Positions 13,077-28,657 of a stretch of DNA of 64,000 bases are shown here, piece by piece. The notes under the pieces are model-generated. The model worked only from the letters and a program-made list of their open reading frames with translations, did not search any database and was not told the origin of the DNA. Within the stretch, counting starts at the first letter, position 1. Each line of letters begins with the position of its first letter. The translations under genes were made by a program, and so were the position numbers. The DNA is taken from the NCBI RefSeq assembly GCF_006345805.1, contig NC_042997.1:104718001-104782000 (forward strand), read 5' to 3'. Origin of the DNA: Octopus sinensis (Eukaryota).

Positions 13077-14011
13077 AACCTTTCCATTAAGTTGTATTAT
13101 TATTGCAGTACTGTTGAAGCGAAATCATTTACGAGACATAAACATTATTAATTTATGATATTATGATAAACAGTCGCTTTTATTGATCACTTATTTAGTC
13201 GTCCAATTAAAATTGTTGACTATTCACTGTATTACAAGTCGTTGAGTATTTCAAATACTTTTGTCGCTATTAAGAACTCCTCGAGCAAAGCAATCTTCTT
13301 ATTGTTTGTGAGATATTTCTGTCATTTTCAATTACAAGTAAAATCCATCGGACATGCTTCTATACAGTTTTGGTACTTCTAATTTAACAGGTAATGGTTG
13401 TCTGCATGTAAGGTTATAGTAGAGAACCCTGGTCCAATGTGATATACTCGATGAACACAGGACGAATTTCCTATCTACTCGGCCATACCTGCATTTGTAT
13501 GTTCGCCTGTATTTTTAATTATTTGAAGCGTTACTCTCATGAAGGAGCTGGTTTCCAACAAAGATACAAAGCTCCATCTTTGCTATGAGTATATGCATGG
13601 TTTACCTTTTGAGTTTTATTTAAGCTCTTTTTGAGTAAGTTCAAGCTGTTCGCTAACAAACTGACACAGACTTTTGAGAAAAGAATTTTCTCAGTCTTGT
13701 AAATGTTTTTTAATTGGTGTATTCGTTGAACTGGCAATGCATCTATTCACATAAGAATCTCAGATGGAGAAGACTTGGAATGTATAACAAATCTTCACCG
13801 TGCCACTAATAGATTGATTGGATTTGGAGAATCCGTTTCACTGGTTTTGCTCTTTCTCCGTAAAACCGAGTATTTCTGAGTTTTCATACAAATTTGTCGG
13901 GACATAACCTAATGCACCTATGATGATAGGTACAAATGCGACTTCATAGTCACAGTATGTATGTATGTATGTATGTATGTATGTATGTATGTATGTATGT
14001 ATGTATGTATG

Positions 14012-14042
<31 letters not shown>

Positions 14043-14639
14043 TGTATGTATGTAATGTATGTATATATGTAACTATGAATGACAAGCTGACTTATAAATC
14101 AACGAAATTCGTGCGCTTCGTTTTTAGGCGCAAATATACAAATTTACTAGAAGATTATGATAGATGTTAGTTAACGAAACAAACTTATTAATCTTCCAAA
14201 TATTCATAATGATTAAAAGTTGTGCTAATACAATCAAGAAATTTGCGTGCTATAATCATTCTATTAGCATACTATTAAATGAATGCTCGCAATGAAGAGA
14301 AAACAAAAGGAAGTAGAACCAAGATAATTAGACGCGTTAGTGCGATTTTGTTTTGTCTTAATTCATTCTATTAACATTTGCTCTCTTATTCTACTTTCCA
14401 CCGCCATTACTTTCCCAGCTTCATATCCTGTTCTTTTCCCGCATTTGTGCATTGCCATTGTTTTATTGGTCTTTGTTCTGGTTGTATATCAGCAAATCAA
14501 ATTATTCGTTATACACACATACAGACGACACACAGGCGCGAGCGCGCACAGACAGACTCGTACACACACATACGCACGCATACGAAGAGAGAGGGAGCGA
14601 GACCAGATAGTATACATTTGTGTGTATGTATCTAAATAC

Positions 14640-14682
14640 TGAATAAATTTATGAATGTATACATATGCATGCATACATACAG

Positions 14683-14717
<35 letters not shown>

Positions 14718-15551
14718 CATTATATATATATATGTACATATAATGTATATATATATAAATACATTATAATATATCGAGTATATATATTATTATATATATA
14801 TATATTTCATTATATCAATGTGTATGTATATATTAACATATTTATACATATATATATATATATATTATATATATATAATATTATATATACACATACAAAC
14901 ATTCACATCCACACATACACACACGCACACAGACACAAACATGGAACACACACACAAGCATATACATATATATGTATGCAGGTATATACAACACACATAT
15001 ATATATACATATATATATATGTATCTGTGTGTCTGTTTATATACACATATATATATATTTACATATGTACGTCTAAGTCATATTTCTACAGTTATTGATT
15101 TCATTTATTTATTAAATATCTTTAGGATTTTTTTTACATATATATTTTTCCTTTTAGTATTTTTATTTAAATGGTTTGGCTTGAAATTACATTTCACTGT
15201 AGCTGTGTTTGTTATGTCTTTCATATTCTCATTATATATTGTTTTATTATTTGTCATAAAATTCTGAGATTAGTTTTCTTCGTTATGGGCGTCGTAATTT
15301 GTGCTGTATTTGTTGTAATTATCAATGAAAGACTGTATGTTTGCTATGCTTGCATCGTTGCAAACATTACAAATATTAATGAAAATAAACGAAAAGCAGA
15401 ATAATATCAGAATACGGAGATTCAAATAAAGTACGTGCACAGGTGTGTGTGTGTGCGCGCGTGTGTTTCCGCAAGTGTGTACGTATAAGTTTATATACAA
15501 TTGCTCACACATTCATGAAGACATGCATACAAATATGTCCGTATGTGTGTG

Positions 15552-15605
<54 letters not shown>

Positions 15606-15739
15606 CTGTGTGCCTGTGTGTATATGTGTATATATGAACTTATATATTTATAATTTATACATATGTGCATATATATTTTAAGTGTATTTATATAATTTAT
15701 ATATATGTATACACGCACACACACACACTCATCACACTC

Positions 15740-15783
<44 letters not shown>

Positions 15784-15989
15784 ACCTTTACACCCACACT
15801 GACATATCTGTGCATATGCACACAAATATCTATGACTAGAAATGTATGCGTGTGCTCGCAGGTGCATATATGTTAACATATACACACTACACTATACCCA
15901 CATGCAGACACACGCACACTCACATAAGCCTAATATATACATACAGACATACCTGCACATGGATGAAAACGTATGTACATGTATAAACC

Positions 15990-16088
<99 letters not shown>

Positions 16089-16113
16089 CATACATACATA
16101 CATACATGCATAC

Positions 16114-16146
<33 letters not shown>

Positions 16147-16200
16147 ATACGTATACATAAGTGTGTGTCTGCACGAATGTGTGTGTAGAGTGCGTGTATA
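14640..16200. repeat. Extended degenerate (TA)n/(CA)n/(TG)n field
   Basis: Direct inspection; source of many YI/CV/TH ORFs. Confidence 0.9.
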
Positions 16201-16565
16201 TTTGTGTTTGACTGCATGTAAGTTTTTGTGCGTGTCTTAAAGAGAGAGGTAGAGCCAGGTGGAGAGATAGAAAGAATAGGAGAAAGGAGAGAGTGAGAAT
16301 AGGAGAGTGTGTACAGTAAAACATTCTTGTCATCATTGAAAACGATTATGAAAATGGCTGAAATTGAAACGACGGTGTACGTTACAGAACTTAAGAAATC
16401 TCTAATTACAATATTCTTTACAGGATTCTCTAATCACTTTTGACATTAATTGATGGCACTCCATTCTTAAGAGATTGAATATCAATAATTAATGACTAAA
16501 TAAATACACAAATAAATAAGCAAAACAAACAATTGAATATGTATGTGTACGTGTGTGTATGTAAC

Positions 16566-16619
<54 letters not shown>

Positions 16620-16698
16620 AAACGAATGGTTTGGAACACCGACAACGATAGACATAGCATCATCATCAGCAACAACATCAACAAGAATAAGAACGGCA

Positions 16699-16795
<97 letters not shown>

Positions 16796-17285
16796 TTGTT
16801 ACAGTTATTAGAATCACTTCTAACAAAATAATTATTATTTCTTACAAATAATACTGATGATTTCTTACATTTTTTAACACAGACCTAAGGTTTTGTCGTT
16901 TCTAGAATAAGCAGAAATCTCATTAAATAATCTCTGTACTTTGTTTCATCGGGCCATGGATGAATAAAAAGCAAAGTAAAATGTGGCGGGATTTGAAATC
17001 AAAATGTTAAGAAATCTAAGTCGTTATCGCAAACCATATTTAACGACAGCCTAGCAATCCCGCAGGATTATCTATATGCGGAATATTAACAATCACTATT
17101 ATATCTGTTTTAAGGTAGGTACAAGTTGTGAAATTTTCAGGGCTATCGAATGCATAACCACTCATCCGCTCGTTACTTGACTAGTGCGTTATTTCATCGA
17201 CTACAGACGGATGAACGTTAGATTTACTCTTGGTGGGATTTAAACTCAGGACGTATTCAAGAAGAAGAAGAAGAAGAAGAAGAAG

Positions 17286-17350
<65 letters not shown>

Positions 17351-18136
17351 TAGTAGTAGTAGTAGTAGTAGTAGTAGCAGTAGTAGTAGTGGTGGTAGTA
17401 TACTTATATACTTGCTACAAGGGAGACGGATGTGACGACATTACAGCATCGGATTACGAAGCGCGGTGGAGGTGAGGTTTTCACAGTGAAATAAAAGAAA
17501 AAGTATCAAAATGCATACACGGAATACAACAGCGCATAAAAGTTATAAAATGCTATATTCTGATATGGTAAAATGCATCTAGCCCTGATCAGTTAAAGAA
17601 ACCAGATTCCCTAACTCTCAAAGGCAGAGGCTAACCTCCCAGCTTAGTTCTTCGTCCTACAAACGTCTTGTAGGCTACCCATTCACACGGACAATAGACT
17701 TTACACCTACCTTACACTTCCTCTTTAAACTGCATCAACCTCTATAAGTAGTGGTAAAGAAGGGGTTTGATAACGTTTGGCAGAGGTGAGAGGTTCCTTT
17801 CAGTCTTGTCCACCATAGAATCTAGTTAGACATAGCCATCAAATAGAGGTAAACTCTCTGCTTTTCCTGGAAGAATAAAGGAAGCAAAAGTGATCCCTTG
17901 TTGGTATCATTTGATTGCCAGATACACCCAGTAATCGATCATAATGGGTCCATGTCAATCCAGTTAACAAAAATACTTGCATATTTAACTTGTATGTGCA
18001 GAATGGTTTCATCACTCTGTGAGTATGTATGTATATATGTGTATACACACACACACATATATTTATATATACAGAATATGTATGTGTATACATACATACA
18101 CACGCACAAACACACACATATATATATATATATATA

Positions 18137-18330
18137 TCACGTGATCACGTGACCGACCAGGCTATCAGATGTTGCTACATATCGCTGGTCACAATGCGCT
18201 TCGCATTGCATTAGCCTTCAAATGATGCCACCCCACTGCTTAAGTGAGCAGGCCAACAGAAGAAAGAGTCAGAGAAAGTTGTGGCGAAAGAGTACAGCAG
18301 GGACCGCCACCACCTCCTGCCAGAGCCTCC
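18137..18330 (-). mobile_element. 3' part of SINE family D tail type 1, adjacent to a ~45-bp mariner scrap (18345-18389)
   Basis: Reverse complement of about 62690-62870. The scrap matches about 20977-21022. Confidence 0.65.
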
Positions 18331-19164
18331 ACCTCCTGCCGGAGCGAAAAGTTGTCTAATGCCTGGAAAAGGTGATAGTCAGTTGGTGCACACACACACA
18401 CCCATCCACACACGCATATATATATATATATGATTATAAGAGTGTTTTTATGTATGAATGCATGTATGTTTTTATGCATGTGTATACGAAAGCACGTATG
18501 CAAGTATAGTCGATAGCTAAAACTCCATTGAAAGTAAAATCTGTTCGATATACAGGAAACAACAGGAAGATACAAGTGACATTTTATAACATTTGAAGTA
18601 CCTCATTTAAAATTTGCTTCCATAAAATTCACGTTAGAGACCCATAAGGAGACCAATGGTCTATGAGCATTTAAATCAGAAAATGTAGAGGGTGTTAAGG
18701 GAAAGCTTAGAGAATAAGGCAAAACTAAAATTAGTTATACGCAAGGTTTTAATGGGATATCTTTAAAAGGACAGAGCTGTTTCTTTATAGGCAATCAACT
18801 GAGATGTTTGCGATCTATAAATGTGAAAATTAGCAAACACCTATCTTGGCATTCTAACTACATGGAACAGTAGCCAAAACTCTGATATACAACATTCTAC
18901 TAATTATAAAAAGAGCAGACGACATGTGTAACAAGGTTGTTATAGTTGTAATATCTCATACCTTAAAAAGGACTGGGTGATGAAGACTTGTTATGTCTTT
19001 AATCGAAGTTAGTCATCAGTCAACGTCAAACAACATTAACAAATGGTTTGCAACATATATGTTTATGATCAGAAATTTTATGATCGTAATGAGTAAGTGA
19101 AAAAATAAATAATAATATGTATGTTTTATACATCTTTGTTGTTACGCGCATACCTTTTACTCTT

Positions 19165-19559
19165 TCTCTTTTCCTTGCTTCAGTCATTTGACATGCTGGA
19201 GCACCGCTTTTAGTCGAGCAAATCGACCCCAGGACTCATTCTTTGTAAGCCTAATACTTATTTTATCGGTCTATTTTGCCGAACCGCTAACTTACGGGGA
19301 ACTAAACACACCAGCATCAGTTGTCAAGCGATGTTGTGGGGATAAACACAGACACACAAACATATATACACACATGCATATATATATATACATATATACG
19401 ACGGGCTTCTTTCAGTTTCCGTCTACCAAATCTACTCACAAGTCTTTGGTCGTCCCGAGGCTATAGAAGACACTTGCCCAAGGTGCCACGCAGTGGGTCT
19501 GAACCCGGAACCATGATGTTGGTAAGCAAGCTACTTACCACATAGCCACTCCTACGCCT
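19165..19559 (-). mobile_element. SINE family A copy
   Basis: Reverse-complement match to 57439-57842 over its full length. Confidence 0.8.
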
Positions 19560-19895
19560 AACATTGCCTACAAATTAGACTAAAAGGCCACCTGGGTACG
19601 CTACGTGTTTGAAACTGTTATTTCATTTATCGTAAAATGCAGTGAAGTAAATGAACATTCAACTGCAACTATTTTATTTAAACCAAGCTATGAAATTATA
19701 TTTCATTTCTTAAAGAATGGATATCAACATATTACAATTAATTTCTGTTTTACAAAAAGCTTTTTATTACTACACTGCACTTCATGCAGTCAATTCTTAC
19801 TTGTGTATCACGTACTTTGCATATTATTACACGAAATGCTTTTGTAAATTTCAGAATAAATAAAATCATGTCTCTCTAGTTATCTACTTATGTGC

Positions 19896-19927
<32 letters not shown>

Positions 19928-20702
19928 GTGTGTGTACATGCGTGTGCGCGATGGTGTATCTGTGTGCGTGTGTTTTAGAACATCTGTTGTTACTTGCAGA
20001 TTTTACACAACCATCGATACTTCAAATCTTGCGGCACTCCAGGGTAGAAACTCTGCAGCATGTAAGATATAGGATATTCTTACCCTTATCAATTTTCATT
20101 TTCTTGTCATGCTAATGACGATTTGACAACAGGTGTTTCTGTCCTTTGCTGTTTATTATCTTTCTCTTTCTCGTTTCTTTGAATAAACATTGTCCAGGTA
20201 TATATCTTTACTGTTAGTAAAACTCATTACTGTTATGAATATCATATTTCTTTCGTTTAACTTAGAATTGTTGCTATGATTCTAACACGATCATTATAAT
20301 CAAACAGCATCTAGAAATGTATTTTTTAACTAATTTATTCTCCAACATAAAATGCATGTGTACACTCACACATACGCATACATTCTTATGAAATAAGTTT
20401 CAATCGTTAGTGTACAAATTTCAAAATGAATTTGAAAGAGAATTTACTAATTTTATGCGTATTAGCTGCAGATAGAACCCTTCTAGAGTTGATGGCTAAT
20501 ACAGTCTTTGCTACTCAATTAAAGGGATGGTTGTAACATTACAATACCTGTTGACGATACGGGAAGTCATCTGTTATTGCAATGGGTTCAGAAAGAGCCA
20601 AAAGAAAAGTTTGCAGTACCGTCGAGTAAGCCCTGCAGCTTCTATGTGAGGCAAAGCCGTTCTCGTGTTTATTTCACTTACATATACATACACACATACA
20701 TA

Positions 20703-20745
<43 letters not shown>

Positions 20746-20789
20746 TGTGTGTGTGTGTGTGGTGTGTCTGTGTGTGATTGTGTGAAAGT

Positions 20790-21990
20790 TTATTTTACTG
20801 TATCTCAACAAAAAGCAATGCAGTTAATCCAAGTATGCACCTAAATGATCAACACAATTTTGCCATTTTATCTCAAGCTTATTTGTGCCGGCAGCGAAGA
20901 ATTCTGAAGAGCAAGAGGTGAGGATATCACGAAACGCTGTTTTTGCATCTTCTTCAGATTTATACTGTTTTCCTTGCGAAAAGTTGTCTAACGCCGGGAA
21001 AACGTGATAGTCAGTTGGTGCATGGTCTGGTGAATATGATGGCTGACAGAGTACTTCCAAGTTCAGTTCCTGTAACATGAGTAGCGTTCTTTGCGCTGGT
21101 CGAGCATTGTCTTGCAAGAGAATTGGTCCTTCTCTATTGACCAATCTCGGTTGTTTAATTGCAAGTCCACTCATTATTTCATCCAATTGGTTGATGTATA
21201 CATCCGCTGTAGTTGACTTATGAGGTCTCATGAAGCTGTAATCGATGACCACAGTGCTGTACAACCAAACATACACGATTAATGTTTTTTGGTAAATATT
21301 CCTCTTTTGATTGTGTTTTGGCACTTTGACTCTATCCAACCACTGTGCAGAACGCATGCTATTGTTGAAAAGAATTCATGTTTCATCACACGTAACAATA
21401 CAATGCAGAAATGCTTCGCTTTTATGCCGTGACAGCAAAGAACAGCGTTTCAAGACAAATTGTCATTTGATGCTCGTTCAGTTCGTGTGGTACCCACTTA
21501 TCCAGCTTCTTTACTTTCCCGATTTGTTTCAGATGGTGCAATACAGTTGGAATGGAAATATCAAACCTTAGCTGTTGACCCACACGTAGTTTGACATGTA
21601 TCCACTTTCACTACAGTTTCCAACTCATCATTATCCACCTTGGTCTCAGTTCTAGCACGGGGCTGATTTTCAAGAGTAAAGTCACCAGACCGGAATTTTT
21701 CATACCATCGTCTTATAGTGCGCTCATTCACCATATCTTCGCCAAACATCTCATTGATGGTTCGTGCTGTCTGGGATGCATTGGTTCCAGGATGGAACAC
21801 ATATTCATAAACAACACGATTTTTTTTATCTATCTATGGATTCACAAAGAATGATTTACAATAGAAAATTCACAATATAGCCAGACACCATGAATTGCAT
21901 TTCGAAAAGTGATGATGCAACTCTTCGATGTTGTAAAACAAAGAATTGTCTGGATAAAACATCAGAATTAACGACTGTCAATATTGGTGC
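20790..21990 (-). mobile_element. mariner (DD34D-type) transposon relic
   Basis: TARTINEMFGEDMVNERTIRRWYEKFRSGDFTLENQPR (HTH); ILLQDNARP and SYSPDHAPTDYHVFPALDNF (catalytic motifs). Stops and frameshifts present. Boundaries approximate. Confidence 0.85.
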
Positions 21991-22212
21991 ATAAGAAAAT
22001 CGGATATTTCCTTCTGAATGACCTGATATATATTCATTTATGTACACACACATACACGCACACACACACACACACACATTGTGTATGTGTGTGTGTATGA
22101 CGAATATTTTTTATTCCCTCAACGTGTTAACTTTTTAGTGATATAGTGGCTTTTTTGAATATTTTTCGACTCTTATATCTAGCAACGCTGGTACTATCTA
22201 GTACCCTTGATC

Positions 22213-22254
<42 letters not shown>

Positions 22255-22470
22255 ATGTGTACATGCATGTATGTATGTATATATTAGTGTGTCTATGCAT
22301 ATATATGTATTTACATATGAATGTGTCTGCAACTATATAAATACATATACATACATATATGTGTGTTTTTGTATGTATGTGTGTCTATGAATGTAAAAAT
22401 ATCTGCATGCGTAGATTTCATGTTTATTATGTCTCCGTAATATATTTCGGGAGGAAAATACGTTTTGTGT

Positions 22471-22515
<45 letters not shown>

Positions 22516-24879
22516 GTGTGAATTTATACGTTTTAGTCATTGTTAATATATGCGTGTGCATATAAATTTGTTTTGATGATTTATAGTCTGCAAAATCCAA
22601 TAGTTAACTCCCTTTGTAGTTCTTGTTTTGAATCAAATGAACAATAGCAATGGTGTAATATTAAAATTAATATATGAAAAACATTATTGATAATGGGCTC
22701 ACGGCTGCCATTTTATATCGTTGCAATAATTCTTAAATTATCCAAAATCTATTAAATTTCTCTTCATTCTATTGCAATTTGGCAACAACGTTGACATCTG
22801 TTTATGTGAGTTTTATTTAAAATTGTCCTTTTATCAAATTATCCTCTTCGCCTTAATTGTTTATTTTCAGGAAAATGACGTATGATGAATATTACGTTTT
22901 CTGCTTTGATTTAAGTTTCATTCATTTAATACGGAAAAAAACTACTCCCATAGAAATCTGTTGTCAGTTTTAGTAATGTTATTATGGTTTGCATTTTGAA
23001 AATATCGAATACGTAATAATATTCGACAGAGATAGAAACTAAAGGAATGTGTGCTTAATTCTAAATATTCCTGTTAGTCACAATTCTCGGCCCAACCCTA
23101 ACGATTTAAATTACATTTCAAATCTTCAGAAGACAAAAAGATCACTATAAAATGTTTTAACTACAAACCTTCCCTAAACAACTAACAATTTAGACTTGTA
23201 TATATCGATTACTAGCCTAGCAAATGGGTAAAATGTTGCAGAGACCCCAGGAATATGACTTCTTTTATCGTCTTCTATTGAAATACGAATCTGAGCCAAG
23301 GAGGGCAAAAATACTTGTATTCAGTAAGTTATCTTGTTCTGGGTTTTGTTACTATTCTGACAACTCTGGACGAAGAAAGCTGATAAGCATGCAGCTTTTT
23401 AACTAATTCAACACTTTTAGATCCAGCAAACTTCAAATTCCGATACTGCTTTTCATCAAGCCAGTTTCAATTCGCTGGTATTAATTACTCTGTTCAAGGA
23501 CAACGATACTGTGTTTTAATTATTTTCGCTACAGTTTCAGTACAACCTTTTAATAATTCTATCTACAAATCACAATTCTTTTAATGAATGCCAAATTCTA
23601 TTTCGGTATTTTTCGTCTAAAGGGTGAAGAAAACTGACTTTTGAACTAATTATAAACTTTAATGCATGAATCAGCCATGATCATTTGCGATGCAATCAAT
23701 ATAATTATTTAAAGAACTTGATTAATTAGAAATAGTAACGTGTTAAATATTTGGTGGTGTCAATGTAGTAACAAAGATGAAGATAATTGACATAAGCCTG
23801 ATAGAATCAACAGGTTCAGAAATTTAATTAGATAATATCATTGTGTTAATAATTACTGTGACAAACGACATTAATGACTAATAAATTCCCCAGGAAAAGG
23901 AAATTATACAAGAATGTTAATTAGTAATAAATGAAGTAAGTAACAAAACCAACGTCCTTAATATCACAGACAGGATGTAGATTATATCGTAGGTGATAAT
24001 ACCACTAGCAGTATCAATTTCAACTTGACTCATAATTCATGGTAGATTTGGTTCCAGTGCCCTAAACTAACGAAATAGTTGACAATTACACAATTCCTGC
24101 TTGTGTCAGGAGATGTACTACTCAATAATTATTTCGATTTACAGTTAGATATTGTGAATCAACAAGAATTAAGATAATACATTGTCAACTCAACCAGTTT
24201 CGATTGGCATTGTCAAATCTCATTGTATTGATATCAATTCGATTTTAATATTGCATTAATTTGTTCCAAGACGTAATACAATGATGAGTTCTTTCTTTAG
24301 TTTTAATTAAAGTAATCTTTCTGAATTTTGATTTATGTCGCTTAAAGTTTCGTTGACAACTCATTGAAGTTTAACTATGAATCACATTCTTTCAATATCG
24401 GTAGCATAATTTTCCTAACATAAGCACGTTGAGTTAACCAAAATTACAAGCGAATGTTTAGGATAAAAATTACAACTCTGATACACTACATATATCTCAT
24501 ACTTAAATTTTTATATATTTATTTATTTTTTTTATTTAGCGTATCCTGTCACATGGTTTCAGTTTCGATTCCACTACGACAATTTTAGGTGGCGCCACCC
24601 AGACATTTACGAGAAGCACTGTGAAGAAAATATAGCAGAAGTGAAACTAAGAAAAGCTATCGGAAGGATTGAGTGAAGACGGTTCTGAAGACTTTCGATG
24701 TCTGATCAATAAGTATCCGGACTGGTACTATATAAACAACACTACAACACGTACCAGTTTGGCATTTAATCTCCTTCAAAATTGTCTCCTTCGGAAGCCA
24801 CACACTTAATCCATCGCTGTTTCCATTGATGCAAGCATTCCTAGGACTCGTTTTTTTAGGGGGAAGGGGATAATAAGCA

Positions 24880-25480
24880 GCTGAATTCACTTTGATTTCC
24901 TCGACGTACTGAAATCTTCCTTTCAAGCGGGATTTGTTTTTTGGGAAGAGAGAAAAGTCACAAGGTGCAAAATCTGGGGAATACGGTGGCTGGAGAATGC
25001 TGTGCCTAGCTAAAATCTACTGCACAAGCTGCGCTGGTTGGGCAGGTGCATTGTAAGATGAAAGCTGTTTTGGCACAAACTTGGCAGACAATGATAATGG
25101 ACTGAATTCAACCGTTACTGATCTGCATATCTTATGATAACTCGTGGATGGTGATTCAACGATTTCCCCTCACAGATGCATGTACATCTGCGATGTTTTT
25201 CTCAGTTCTGTCGGTTGTGGGTCTTCCAGAACGTTTGTGTCTATCGACATTTTTTCAGCTCATACACTCCTCTCCATACACTTTCTGCATCTTTGAACAG
25301 GTATCGCCAAGCTTATGGCAAACTTTGATGCAGATTCATGATCAATGCGACGATCACACGCTACACACATTCCTTCCAAGCACTGCTGAAAACAGCAGAA
25401 GTGAGCTAGAACGTTAAAACTTAGTGCGCATGTACAACAGAGTTCAAGGTCAATTTGTGCCAAGTGGCTTCACTCTGTGT
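24880..25480 (-). mobile_element. Internally deleted mariner transposase relic (second subfamily)
   Basis: Minus strand resembles IKVCHKLG...QKVYGEECMS...SGRP (N-terminus) joined to HPPYSPDLAPCDF-like text and MKGRFQYVEEIKVN (C-terminus). Confidence 0.65.
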
Positions 25481-26579
25481 GCTTTAGCTTTGTTACTATG
25501 ATCAAACCACATACAACTGAGAAATCAAGTGGGATGTCATACCCATGATACGGCATTGTATTGTTACTATGACAATTCTGCACTTACCCAATACAGAAAT
25601 ATATTATGACTATTATAAACCAATACAGAAATTATGTGCTCAATTACTCCTTCGTTTATTCAATAATAAATTATTTCTATAATATCGCAAGAATTTTAGA
25701 TGGACGTCAATTTCAAGAAACTATTAGAAATTACATTTGACTTGACGGTACCATTCGTCAATTGTGTTCATCCACAGAATAACCTTATAGATAATATGAG
25801 ACTCGGATTTATGAGTCATGCTTAAGAAGAAAATATTTGAACTCTAATTATTCCAAACAGAGTAATCGCAAATTTATTAATTAAACTTAAGTAATTCCAC
25901 TAATGATATACCCCACGTTGAGTCAACGTAAGAAATTTTCTTCAGTTCCAGTTACACTTTATTCAAAGGAAAAATTTCTTCTGAAATTGTTATAAATATT
26001 GAAAGCCAAGGTATGATCACTAAAATCTGAATGAACAATTAATAAATTTAGACCATCACAAAGAAGCGATTGACTTGAGAATTTATTAGATTTGCTCCAA
26101 TGCAGCTGATTGCAACAACTAACTTTCTTCAAAAACAAGAGAATATGGAGTACACTGGTCGTCTAATCCAATCATTAAATTGAAATTTAATCTAATGCAG
26201 CAAGTAATAATGTTTGTCTCTAATGTATCAGTGATTAAACAGTACTTTTAATTGACTCAATATAGTATGATTACATTGGCAAGACAGTCGTAGATAGAAG
26301 GCCTCTTGACGTAGACATATGTGGCTACAACCATCCTTGTATCTCCAGGCAATAAGTTTGTCCTTTTCCTAAAAAGTGCGTCAGCTTTAGATGTCATGAT
26401 TCTGGAGATTGTCTCCCTTTGTTATATAGAGTTATTCTAATATGTAATTACTCTAAACTCTCAGGAGGCGCAAATAATTTTCATAAATCAAGAATTTTTT
26501 ATGTATATTTATGATGAGGTGTGTGTATGTATGTATGTGTCTATGTGTGCGTGCAAGCGAGTATGTTTGTGTGTGTGTG

Positions 26580-26638
<59 letters not shown>

Positions 26639-26967
26639 TGAGTGAGTGAGTGTGTGTGTATATTCATTATTAATATCACATGCATAAAATAAATAGTAAC
26701 TACAGAAGTTGCGGCTTTCGTTTGGGAAAAATCCCTTTAAAGGCGTATAGTGTATATCAAAGCTAGGCAAAACGAAATGACACAGGAATACCGGTGTTTC
26801 GCAGCATTGTTTGTCAGTGCCACATAATCGCGTCGACTCCGGTACGATATCTAAATCGTTAGCCTCAGTGTCACGATTTCAATTTTTTTCTGTTTTTCCA
26901 TCGATCTGATTCAAATAACTATCAAATCTGAATAAACTTTAAAAAGACATATTGAATAATCTAGTCA

Positions 26968-27200
26968 TCTATTATATAAAATCCGTTCTGTCTGTCTATG
27001 TGTGTGTTTTCTAGGATCTCGGGCATCCTCCATCAGATTGCGCTCAAATTTCATATGTAGATACCGACGGTATCAGGGAGTGTATAATTCTTGAAAAATT
27101 TACAAAAATCGATTCCATGAGAGAATGCGATCGATAAAGCTGCGGGAACGAGCATTTGTACGCGCAAGTACATCAGTCGAAATCCGTCTTTTGCTGGTGT
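26968..27200 (+). mobile_element. Possible Helitron/Helentron-type non-autonomous 5' end
   Basis: Starts A|TCTATTATATAAAA...CTGTCTGTCT, a pattern typical of such ends. No matching 3' end was found. Confidence 0.3.
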
Positions 27201-28000
27201 CTCAAATTTAGGTTAAACCAGTGTTTCTCAAAGGGGAGGCCTATGGGACGGTCGGACAAGTTTTTTTGAGAAAATTTGGCTTAAATATTTGAAAACTCAG
27301 CACAATCCATTGGACGGTGGTGGTGGTATATTAAAAAAATAAAACCTCTATTGATCATAGACCTGACCGAAGAAAAGTCAAGCTGAAGATAAACAAAACT
27401 TCTACAGTGGCTAATGAAACAGAGGGCCTAAACAAAGTACTTCAAAGCTTCTAAAGAGTCAACTGTCGTACCAGAAATAGCTCGAGAATGTACTTCAGTC
27501 AATTCGAATACTAATCTTTAAAAACAAAGGAATGTTTGAAGAACAATTAGTCATAGCCATATAAAGAAAATGAACACACAAGGCTGGAACGGTTTCGCCA
27601 TAGTGATACTTGTTGATCAGGGGCGACTCGGGACATAGGAACGACAATAGCAAACAGTGCCTGAAAACTGATGTGACACTTAGGAATTTAAAAGTACAGA
27701 AATGGGCAAATTTATGAAAGAAAGAGAGCAAGAGCGAGGGCAGGGTTTTATGTTTATATGTTGGCATTTCGCAGTAAATGATTGCCAACAGCCGTTTTCT
27801 ACCGAAAGTGAATGGTAGTAAAGAGAATTGGAATGGGGGGGGGGCATTAACATTTGAAACAGACGTCAATAAATCAGGTTTAACTGTCACAGGCAGATCA
27901 AACACTATACGAGATTCCGGAAACATTTCACGTAATAATACATAGAAGTATATGACGCTCTATGTATAAACAGACACACATTCACCTGCAGTGATTGTGT

Positions 28001-28037
<37 letters not shown>

Positions 28038-28182
28038 CGTATGTAAATATATAAGTATAAATCTGTACATACGTAAATCGTTTGCATACGTAAGTGTATA
28101 TATGTATGTATATCTATCTATTCTTTCTCTCTTTCTTTCTCTCACTATCTCTCTCTATCTATCTATCTGTCTGTGTATACAT

Positions 28183-28259
<77 letters not shown>

Positions 28260-28613
28260 TGTATGTATGTATGTATGTATGTATGTATGTATGTATGTAT
28301 GTTTGTATGTATGTATATAAACACATACATATAAACCTGCATGCGTATAACTCTAATACAGGGTACGTAAAATTGTTTTACAGGTATATATTATTTGTTT
28401 TTAGCAAATTAATTTTTTTTTCCGAATCTCGTCGGGTGATAAATAAATGAAAAAAAAAACTGTTAAAATGGCTGTTCCACAATGCAACTTTCTCTTTTGT
28501 AGAGAGAAAAACAGCCAGACAGAGGAAAATTCTTCATATATATAGAAGATCCCAAAATAAAATTGCAGAAGGTAGAAAGAGAAACGAAAACTTAATACAG
28601 AGAGAGATAGGGA

Positions 28614-28657
<44 letters not shown>

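Noticed and set aside
13200-13930. Complex-sequence block with a 66-aa ORF (13537-13737)
   Set aside because: No recognisable domain, splice pattern or termini.
17560-17900. Possible ancient L1/Tx1 fragment (WVAYKTFVGRRTKLGG on the minus strand)
   Set aside because: Only a faint motif resemblance amid many stops; not supportable.
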